From Owenia fusiformis (Eukaryota), in the NCBI GenBank assembly GCA_903813345.2, contig CAIIXF020000001.1, positions 23,560,001 through 23,624,000 on the forward strand: 64,000 bases of DNA, given 5' to 3'. Shown piece after piece: positions 37,501 to 49,500 of the stretch. Within the stretch, counting starts at the first letter, position 1; each line of letters begins with the position of its first letter. Both the position numbers and the translations under genes were made by a program. The notes under the pieces are model-generated. The model was given only the letters and a program-made list of their open reading frames with translations, was not told the origin of the DNA and ran no database searches.

Positions 37501-40500
37501 ATCATGAGGTATAGCCAGTGTGTATCATGAGGTATAGCCAGTGTGTATCATGAGGTATAGCCAGTGTGTATCATGAGGTATAGCCAGTGTGTATCATGAG
37601 GTATAGCCAGTGTGTATCATGGGGTATAGCCAGTGTGTATCATGAGGTATAGCCAGTGTGTATCATGAGGTATAGCCAGTGTGTATCATGAGGTATAGCC
37701 AGTGTGTATCATGAGGTATAGCCAGTGTGTATCATGAGGTATAGCCAGTGTGTATCATGAGGTATAGCCAGTGTATATCATGAGATATAGCCAGTGTGTA
37801 TCATGATGTATAGCCAGTGTGTATCATGAGGTATAGCCAGTGTGTATCATGAGGTATAGCCAGTGTATATCATGAGGTAAAGCCAGTGTGTATCATGGGG
37901 TATAGCCAGTGTGTATCATGAGGTATAACCAGTGTGTATCATGAGGTATAGCCAGTGTGTATCATGAGGTATAGCCAGTGTGTATCATGAGGTATAGCCA
38001 GTGTGTATCATGGAGTATAGCCAGTGTGTATCATGAGGTATACCCAGTGTGTATCATGAGGTATAGCCAGTGTGTATCATGAGGTATAGCCAGTGTGTAT
38101 CATGAGGTATAGCCCGTGTGTATCATGAGGTATAGCCAGTGTGTATCATGAGGTATAGCCAGTATGTATCATGAGGTATAGCCAGTGTGTATCATGAGGT
38201 ATAGCCAGTGTGTATCATGAGGTATAGCCAGTGTGTATCATGGGGTATAGCCAGTGTGTATCATGAGGTATAGCGAGTGTGTATCATGAGGTATAGCCAG
38301 TGTGTATCATGAGGTATAGCCAGTGTGTATCATGAGGTATAGCCAGTGTGTATCATGAGGTATAGCCCGTGTGTATCATGAGGTATAGCCAGTGTCACAA
38401 AAATAGATGAGGCAAATTAAATAAATGAGACAAAATATTAGTTAAAGTCAACAAAGTGTCATTATGAGACTTTTAATTTTGGATAAGTATTAGTGTGTCA
38501 GTAAGTTTTTAGAGAAAATGTCTCTATTTCATCAATATTTTTCTTTCTCATCCCTGGGTACTCCAATGACATCTGATTAAAATAGAAGGGGCATCACCAG
38601 AGGAGATCAGCCTCCGACTGTATCTCAAGGTTTTGCCATTTTTTTGTCATAATGATACTCCCCAGGATTATGTAATACAATGCTATTTTCGCATTCATTT
38701 GAACCTGACCATGATCTTTTTTGTACCATATTGAATCCTATTTTTTAATGATAATCTTTTTGGCAAATGGTTGTAATATTGATGTTGTCATGTGTGGTAC
38801 AGTATATAATATTACATAAGATGATAATGCTCGTATATACTGAGCTGAGCATTATGCATCCTCAGGTCAATTAAAAAGCATATCAAAATACATTTAATGT
38901 ACTTAGTGTTGTGAGAATTAAATTTGTGTGCAAGATGTTACATATGTGCCTTGGCTTCACAATGATAATTTAATGATATTCAATCATTGTCTTCTTTATT
39001 GAAATAGACTGCCCCCTTTAAAAATGAAGGTTACATCATTTTTTCATATAACCTTGTAAGAAAAATATTTTCTATCATAATCATTGATTTTCTATTTTTC
39101 TTCAGGTTTTCTACCCAGATATTGAAAGAGCAGAATGGGTCAATAATGTAAGTACTAAAAGATGAAAATATAAAATTTATTCCTTGGAATGATAGAAAAG
39201 GTGGATTTCATTCCAATAGACTATGGTATTAAAAATATCATGTTGACCTAATGGTTTAGACAAAGACTGCTGTTTTAATATTTCCTGATGCTAATGCCAT
39301 ATTAATTATAAGTTGAGTATGAATGATGAGTTATGTAGCATTATTTTCCTACTAGACTGTGAAAGTGTTTTTTATTTATGTATCAGCTCTCCATTAGACC
39401 TGCAGTTTTAAGAGCTTAAAATCTCATTAAACACTTGTTAGGCCAGTTGTATTTGAAGGATATATTTTGTGTTAGTATGTTAAAATGAATGTGCTCCCAA
39501 ATTCATGATATAATTAAATAATCTAAAACAATTCCTTGAAAATATCTAAAAATCACAATACTTCCACTTTCTCTACCACAGTTTATTATTGCCACTTTAC
39601 TGGACTATTCCAAGTAAAATTATTTTCCAGATCATTGGGCAGTTATGGCCATTTATTGGAGATTATGTGAAGAAGATCTTGGTGGAGACAGTACAACCAC
39701 AAGTGAAAGCCAACCTGCCCTCTGCGCTCAAATCTTTTGCATTTGAGACAATTGACCTTGGAGATATTGTAAGTCTTATTCATATTTGGTGTTGGTGATA
39801 TAATAGATCATCAATTCTGCAATGTTTTTAGTATTATTCATTTGTAATCATATTTTGCCAATATTGATTATGTGTCTTGCTCTGTTCTCAGCACCCCAGA
39901 TTCCAGCAGTTGAGAATCTTAACTCAAAATGGCTACTTTATCATGCACAAAATTGAATTGATGATTTCAGATAAGACATTTGACAATTGAAATTGTAAAA
40001 ACTAATACATAGTTATGAGTATACTACTGAGTGATGAGTATACTACTGAGTAATGAGTATACTACTGAGTAATGTGTATACTACTGAGTAATGAGTATAC
40101 TACTCATATAAAACCTTGAATCTGAAGTGGATTAAACAATTAAATGTCGTCTTAAGATGGCACAAAAACTAAGCCACTACTAAGGTAACCGAACCTAAAA
40201 TAAGATAAAAAGCTAGATTTGACCTCTGCCTTGTTTTGATCAAATGTTATGTTTTCTTGTAGCCTCCCAGGATTGGAGGGGTCAAGGTTTATACAGAGCA
40301 TGTGAGCCGGGATGAAATTGTGATGGATCTAGAAATCTAGTAAGTCTACAAAAAGAAACTACATTATTATAGAGATCCCCAAATGTAATTTCATACAGAT
40401 TGACATCCCTAAGCCCCTATATCTAGTTATGTTATTCATGACATCTGAAGAGTCAATAAAAGATTGAACATACATGTATATTTTTTTTATTTTACCTTAA

Positions 40501-43500
40501 ATTCAGTATCATATGCTATTATAAAACATTTTTTAATGAGTTTTGTGGATGTAAAACGATACATTGACCTTTTCTCTGAACAAAAGTTGATAAAAGGATT
40601 ATGTATGTATTGGGATTTCATCAACTACTATCATTTTTTTTATATAGCTTGGTTATTCTAGTAATGTATGGTATACATTAAATGTAACTGAGTAAAACAT
40701 TTATTTTGTGTTATTAAATTCTTTTACAGTCCATGTAATACAATGAGTTTGTTGAATATTTAATAGATAGATGAGAGTAGATCACTCTGACACGAATGTA
40801 TTTATACAATTCAATGATACAATTTGCAATCAAATAAAGGTGATTCATCCACATATTGTTCAGAATCTATGTATGAAGATCATATCCTGAATGAATTCAA
40901 TATAACATTAACTATAATTATATTTTCAATTGTTCATTCATTTCCTCTCAAAATGTCTATATATCACCTGATATATGATTAGTGATACTATGATATTTCA
41001 TGTTGATTCTTTTTTACTTATATGTATCTCATGGTATTTCATTCTAAGGTTGAACTTATTTTTTCATGCAACATTGAGTCCATGCACATTGTAGTGTATG
41101 TTGTTTATGGGTGGGAGGGGGAATGGAAGAGATTTACCAAGGAAAGAATATAAGTGTCAGATTTGCAATCCCTAGTATCCATTCTCCTGTTATATGGAAA
41201 TTGCTATGTCAAAACGGCCAACTCATTTTCCTTGCTGAATGTCACATCAACTTTTTGCTAGAATAAGATGTTACTTGATGCTATGCATGGCGATGATCAA
41301 TTGCAGCTATCATTCTAAGCTTCCTAGTTGGAAAGAGCTGCAGAAAATTACATCATTTATTCAAGTTGTGGCGTAGCTATAAAGCTTGGTCAGTTTGAAT
41401 GATGTACATATAGCATGAAGATAAAATTATATTTTCTCAAGCGTATATGTCATTAAATACAAGTGAATTATTTGAATGTGAGAGACTAGCCTAATGGATA
41501 TGGTATTCTCTGGTAAATATCAATATTTTCCTGAGGGATATGTCTTTACTGAACAGTAACACGATAATCCAGTGAATTTCACTAGAAAAATATGAAGGCC
41601 GTGTGAAAACTAATCCACTTTTTATGAAAATACCCAAAAAATGGTGGACATTTTATGCTTCAGATGTAAGCTTTATCACCATTTGTGTATGTTCCATGTG
41701 ATGTACCATGCATTGAAGGAATTTTCATTAGGATTTAGTAATAGATGATAAAATAAAAAGGCAGATTTTTTATTAATTAAGTGTACTGCTTCATGATAAT
41801 TGTGTGCTCAGAATCTTAATTGCACAATTATTCTTATATTTTCTAGCTATGCCAGTGATGCCCAAGTGAAGGTTAACATCAAGAACATCACAGCTGGTAT
41901 CAAAGAGCTGCAGATCCATGGCACAATGAGGGTGGTCATGAGCCCCCTGATCCCAGTGTCACCCCTAATAGGGGGCATTACTGTATTCTTCCTTAATCCA
42001 CCTGTAAGTTTTTCATCAACAAATAGAATCAACAAATGGAATGATCTCCCAGTTTTTTTCTCAAAAGGGCTCTCGATTGTAATTTTACTAGTTTCGGGAA
42101 TAACATAGGGGCTTGCATTTACAAAATCTATTTGTTAAGTCTAATATATAATTAATGGGAGTTTATCATTGTATGCACCTTATAAGGGAAGTGGATAATG
42201 AGTTGTATAGTATAAATGGTAGATACAACATATGGCTAAATAATAAACTGCACATACTGGATGCATAATAAATAAATAAGTCATCATATAAAATGTCTCT
42301 GGCATCATTCATCAATTAAGAAGAATATGTTTGGATTTTTTTGTGAGCAAAATGATTATTTGATATATTGAAAAGGATCTGCAAAGTAATTTACTTTCAC
42401 AGCTAGAATATACTGGCAAGTTTTAATAATACAAACCTACCACTCAGTTATATTCCATTACAGAACAAATTACATCAAGTTGAATTTATTAATGAATAGT
42501 GTTGTATGCTGAAATTAAATATTGCTTCGATATTTATATCTACATTTTTTTATGTCTGTTATTTCCCACATAGTCATGCATGGTGTACTAATAGCTATTA
42601 ATTAGAAGTTTAAATTAAGAATAAATCCAAACCCCCATAAACCATAATTGCCAATTAATTTTATTTTATCCCAACACTGGTATGAATATAAAGATTACAA
42701 AATAGCAGTTATCAATGCATATTTTTTTAAATTAAGAATATAGCCAACCCCCCCCCCCCCTCCCATTAACACTATTTCTTATATTACGTAATCACAACAC
42801 TGGTATGAATATGAAGATTAGAAAATAGGAATTATCATTGTATATTTTTGTTTCAGTCTGTTGAGTTCAATTCTACTGACCTGGGAAATGTTTTGGATAT
42901 TCCTGGGCTAAGGTATGTGTTACAGCTTTCTCTTTCGAATCGTTCAACATAAGAACAAAATAGAGTAAGGAGTGTATTGGTATATGTTCAGGGAGTGGTT
43001 TTACTTGACATGCTGCTCTACTGATCAGAGTTTCATATTTGATCTTTGATTTATTTTTCATTTTTCTAGACCCATGAATAAGTATAATGAAACTGTCACA
43101 CAAAACTATAACTGGAATGTTGAACTATGTAAAAATAAATACAAACCTGGTTATATTTATAGCCTAACAGTAACTCTCTTTTTCATTTTCAGTGACATTG
43201 TACGTAACATTATAGAGGACCAGATTGCTGCATTCCTTGTGTTGCCCAATAGGATCCCAGTTCAGCTGGCAGAGGGTATTAACCTACAGGCCCTCAGGTT
43301 CCCAACTCCTCAAGTAAGTGTAATAGTAGCATTATTTGTTGGTTTCATGTTACTACCTCTTTGGTGACATATTTTTATAGACTCAAACTTTTTGTGGACA
43401 GGGTTCGGCGGTTGGTGGTCAGCATTCGGCATCTGTGTCAAATGGCAGGTGGTGACATTTTGAATGTTAATGCCTTGTATATACATTGAGCACAGTGTCT

Positions 43501-46500
43501 GCATTAACGATGTAATAGTGATTGTGTTTTAAGGGTCTAATTTTCTCCTCGAGTAGCAAGGTATCATTTTTGCAACTGAGACTTTAAAATAATTATTATT
43601 AGGATGTATTATTTGGCCTTTATGAAGCTAAAACTTAGAAAGTAAATCAATGTTGCTTGGTTGAGACCCTCTTTCATTTTATAATATTATTGTCTTGTTT
43701 GTGTTAAGGGAGTTTTAAGGATGCATATCATTGGAGCAAGAGATCTAAAGAGAGCTGATATTGGACTCCTAGGGAAAGGCAAATCTGACCCATATGCTGT
43801 TATACATGGTAGGAATATATTTAAACACTTTCAGATCCTATAAATGTATTTGCTATGATAAATACATATGATATGATATGATATATGTAAGGATTTAAGC
43901 CCTGAACTCGATGCATCGTGCGCTGAATCATTCCACTGAAGGTGTTTCCAAATCTGCTTTACCATGCAGGGGGAATGCAAAGTTTAGAAAACAACGGCTG
44001 AGTGGAATGAATCAGCCACAATGCATTGAAGTCTTGGGCTTTAGCTCTTTTCACACATTGGTGATATAATGCACTACAGTCATATGAAATACTGTATTCG
44101 GATTGGCTGAAATCAGACTTACTTTCCCCAGCTGCGTGTCAATTCGATACCAGATATAGTTCTATTATTATTTATCTTGTCGAGATACTGAAATCTGATT
44201 GGGTGTAAGCTGCTGGTTATTTGGCCATGACTGGCTTTTGAAAAAAAACTGACCAGTATTTCTTTTAATACTCAATCCTAAGAAGGTTGGGTATTTATTC
44301 AATTTTTTAATGAATAGAAGAATCCCACTACGAATTTCATTTCACTATAACACCGTATGTTGTACATTAGAAATGATCTGAGAAAATACATGTACCCAAA
44401 CATATATCCTTGTTGTTTAAGTTGGAGCTCAGAAGTTCAAGACCAAAGTAATCCCGAATACTGTAACACCAGGCTGGAACACATACTTTGAGGCCATTGT
44501 GGATCAGAGATCTGGGCAATTCTTTGAGCTGGAGATTAAAGATGAAGACCCTGGAGAAGATGACAGATTGGGAAGGTAAATTGGAGTCTACATTTTTTCT
44601 ATATCTCATTTTTATAGATCAGTTGTACTGCATATTTTGATCTATTCTTGATTTAAACGTGACAAATCATATGCATTTCAATTTTTATAGCAGTATACTC
44701 TTATAGGCACCCTCTTAAATACATATACATGTTTATGCAGTATTTTGAATCTTTTAGCAACCTTATTTGTGTTTTTTTACAGTATTGGTATAGAAATTGC
44801 CTCAGTTGCTGACAAAGGGGAGATTGACTCTGTAAGTTTTTGTTCCTTAAGAATGTTATTTCAGTTACCAAAGTGCTGTATACTAGTTTCACCACCAGGT
44901 GGCTAATATGTATCAGACAACATGGCAGACAATGGCAGACTTTGAAAAATTTAATTAAACTAAAAAGATTTAGTGGATCAGTTTACATTTTGAGCTGTAA
45001 GCTTTGTTATTGAACTATTTAAAATATGGTCAGTTAGAGAAATCATTTGTTAAATACAAGAAGACATTTCTGTGTTCATGATTTTATAACATGGGCTCTA
45101 TAGGGAGTCTAGCCAACTTACAAAGAAAATAAAGATTAGAAAATTTATTATTAGTTTTAACTTTCAAACTTTAAATATGATGTCACTTTGGCTAAATTTG
45201 AATTATTTGATGTTGAAAATTAACCCTATACCTGCATCTCGTGTATTTAATGGTTTTGTTGTCATCACTATTAAAAGATGGCAGTCAAAAAGAAAGTTAC
45301 CAGCGAGGGAAGTGCATCATCATCATAACTTAATGGTGCTTTATAGTTTAACCATACATGGTTACCATTCATCTTCTGAATACAGGACTCCAGACATCAT
45401 CCATGCTGTCCCTTCTTGTATATGATGTCTGAGTCATCATTTTAGGATGCAATTAATATACATATGCATGTATTGTGTTTGTAGTGGATGCCATTGGGAG
45501 ATGTGGAGACTGGTATGGTTCATGTATGTCTATCCTGGCTACATCTCACCACAGACCCCACAGAACTCTATAAGGTAAGATATATCAGAAATATCATGTA
45601 CATACTACATTTAACTTTTATAGATGTTATATATTGACACAGGGATCATGATAGATGGTCAGGTACATATACTTGCCAATAGTCCATCTGGGAAGTTTTT
45701 CTGAAGTATTGCAAGAGCATTTAGGTCATCAAAATTAAATTTACGATATGGGCCAAAATTTTAAGAAAATAAACAAATTTTGTGCAATGCATAGATTTGG
45801 CTGTCCTTAGTTTTAACAAGAATAATTTGTTGACAATGAGTTATGTGTACCTGTCAAAATTCAATTCTGCATTCCACAAGAAATAATTCAACTGAGATAT
45901 TTATCTGTTATTTCTTGTGATATGTAGTTTATTTGTTTTAACGTAGATGTTGTTTCGATTATAGCTGGATAGTATTAGTAATAAAATAGATTGTATATTT
46001 TTTGTTCTTTGAATCGTATAGACCTTTAACATTACCGTTATACAATATATTTGATATATCTAGTTTTTCAATACCATATTTTGACAAGACATCCATAAGG
46101 ATAAATTATGTGATATCTAATTATCTTTTTAGATAATGGCATGCTCCTTTTAGTTTATTAATTTTGTTCAAGCAGTAGATTTAAAAGTGTTTTTTAATTT
46201 ATTCTCAGCATTAGTATAATGAATAGACTTGTGTTATACAGTAACAGTAATTATTCTGTCAAATGTAAAATTGTATAATAGCTTCACTAACATTCTGCTA
46301 TTATATCACCGCAAAAGCTTTATGCCATGTTTCTCTGCCACGCTGAACTTGATCATGTTAAAGTTTTGTGTGATTCTTGAACCCTCCTTGCATGCTCTCT
46401 TATTCCATCCTGTGTTTCTGTATTTTATTTAGACATTATACAGGACACAAAAGGTCTGTTTTTAAGGCCCATATTTATCTTTACGTATATATCATTAATA

Positions 46501-49500
46501 TATATGATTAAAATAGCTTATGAATCAGCTTTTGCTTAATTTAAAGCTTGTATTTATATTCATTTGCTTGCGGGTATATCTTTATATAGGGTTTAAAATC
46601 AAAATGGAACAGTACTTTATATTTGAGAACACTTCCACGTTCCATCTATATTTGGTTCCCTAATTTTTTCTAGGTACATGTAGTTTTATGTTCAACACCA
46701 CAGCAAAATAACAATGTTAGTTCAGAGATAGTTTGTATCGAAAAAATAAACTGTAACATTTAAGAACAAGGTTAGGTTTGATAATTATTTCCATAATCAT
46801 AATTTGTTTAATTGAATAAATATGATCATTATAGATAAATGAAAAAATATGTAATTTCAGAAAAAACATTAATAATTAGGTATAGGTGTTAGTTGTTGGA
46901 ATTTCACCAGAAAAACGCGAAAGCGGTTTAGTTGAAAGTGCTTACAAAATCGCCATCTTGATTACACCAACATTACTAAAGCGGCTTAGGAATTTTATTT
47001 ATGGAGAATATCCAGTGGATTTGTACATCTACAATAAATGTATTCTTTTAGCATCTAAGAGAAAACGTAACCGAGTCTTTTGCCAGTGATGTGAACTTAC
47101 TTTCAATTTTTGAGATATATTTGATGACCTATTGCATTTTTGGGGTCCCATCCACCATTTCCTGTATTTTTGCTGTGGCCCAAATGTGTAGCATTCAAAA
47201 TAAGTCTTATTTCATTTACACTGCACTCCCAAAGCGCCTCACGATTTAAGGCGTTTTTTATTTAGTGACAAGGGTTCTAGGAGTTTTGGAAAAGTGCTTT
47301 TGTAAAACCACAATCGTGATTACACTTATTTTCCAAACCAGGTTAAAACCTTAGACGCCTTTTCTAAAAGGCATGTTGTAATTCCAGCAAGCGATAATCA
47401 TAGTACATGAAGCATCATGTTATTCATGACATGAGTTAATGGGTGAAAGAAGATAATAATGTATTTCAAACACAATGTACAATCCTTGTACAAAATGAAT
47501 GACAATGTGTTGCCAACAAATTCTGTCAAAGCATCTAATGGGGGATGCACTTGAGAATGCCATTAAAGTCACATGCCCTGCAATTGGTGATGACTGGTTT
47601 CCATGACAATAATACACCCTCAAAGGATATGATTTTAGTCAAGCTTTGTGCAGAAAATGCTGCCCATTATTAGTTATATTCAGCAAAGTTTGGATTATTT
47701 CAAAATAATAGACACTATTAATTGAACAGCCCTTGTATGGTATTTCCATTATTTGACTTTGTAACCCTTTATTAAGCTGTCTCTCTTTGTACTTGATAGA
47801 TCAAACTCTGGATTCTGGATCAAACTCTGGATTCTGAGTGAAGATCGTGTTAAAATACCCGGAAAGGTACTTTGCTGCACTAATTGATAAGCACTTGATG
47901 TAATTAATAACATACAAATTCATAAAATACAATTTAATGGGGAAAAACAATGCATTGTAAATAAGACCATTCTGTCACAACTGATTTTGAACTACAGTAA
48001 AGCAAAAATTAAATTCAAAGTATTGATATTATGTCACCACCACAAGTTGTGACACAAGTTGTGACACATTGGTAAAGTCTCCAACTTTTTTGTGTTTGGC
48101 ATTCAGCAGTTAGTGTTCGACATTTGTAACAAATGGCATGTTAATGCCTTGTTTTCCAATGTATTAACTATCAATCCTTTTTAGAGAAGTGGTTTAATTG
48201 TAATATATAGTAATAACAGTATGTTATTAGTCATGAATATTTGATGGAATAATCTATTTATTTACTAAATCTGTACTCCTTCATATTTAGTGAACTATTT
48301 GTTTCCATTCAGAAATTAATTGATTTTATTAATGTACCCTTGGGTGCTATACAAGGGGCGATCCATATATTCTGATAAAAATGCTCTCATTTTGTGATTT
48401 TTTCACATATCCCTCTCATTTTTTCAGAAAATCTAGATTATGTAATTACACATACAATGCTAAAATATTATAGCTATATCTTAAATTATCAATGAGATAA
48501 GGCTGCCATGGTAACCTGTATTAAGGGTAGGCAGGTCAATTTAATTATAACATATAAATATCAAAATAACTTGTTATTTTAATTATTTTAAACCATGCGG
48601 AAATCATGCATTTTTCTAAAAAGGTTTGGTATTGTTACTCGTTGTTTGTTGCTAAACAAATGTTTATATGTGCTCACTATAACATCATAACAAATCACAA
48701 TAGCATTGTAGGACATAATGGGCCAATTGACATTACATGTTATGAGACACACCAAAAATCAAATTGTCAGATTAGGTTAATGTGGCTGATGCAGAGTGTC
48801 ACATTAACGGATACATTAAGGAATACCATTAGATTTGATTTTCTTTCAAGAATAAGTAAGAGGACACTGTCAGAGACATACATGGACTCATAAAGTGCAT
48901 GGGCAAGGTGTTATATCTGCATAAAGAATATATAGGTAGTATTGTAAAGAGGAAAACATGGTCACTGTTGAAGATCATCCGCAATCTGATTGCAAGAAGA
49001 GCTTGCGGACAGAGAATAACACTACAATAAATTGAGATGTTACTTATGAAAAGATAGCTATCCCACTGTATAAATTATCAAACAAGGGCAACAGGGGTAT
49101 GGAACAGATAAATGAATAGTTGACAATGACTGGAAGATGCGTTTGATCTGCTTAAAATAGGTACCGAGGAATGATTAAATTAACATATTTATCTATTTTA
49201 TGCGTTATAATTTAACTGACATGCCTACCCTAAATACAGGTTACCATGGCAACCTTATTTCAAAATTAATTTAAGATACAGCTAAAATATTTTAGCATCC
49301 TATGTGTAATTACATAATCTACATGTTCTGAAAAAATGAAAGGGATATGTGAAAAAATCACAAAATGAGAGCATTTTTATCAGAATATATGGATCGCCCC
49401 TTGTATATTGTGATCAGTTTGAACGGTGGGCATCCATAATGATCTTGTCTATTCATTTCCAGGCAAACTGTTTCAGGGATTGATTTGATTTTAGGGATGT

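Noticed and set aside
37201-38395. CRISPR-like array (also considered for 16890-18060 and 59585-60007)
   Set aside because: Head-to-tail units with no unique spacers, no cas genes, and a eukaryotic intron context; these are minisatellites
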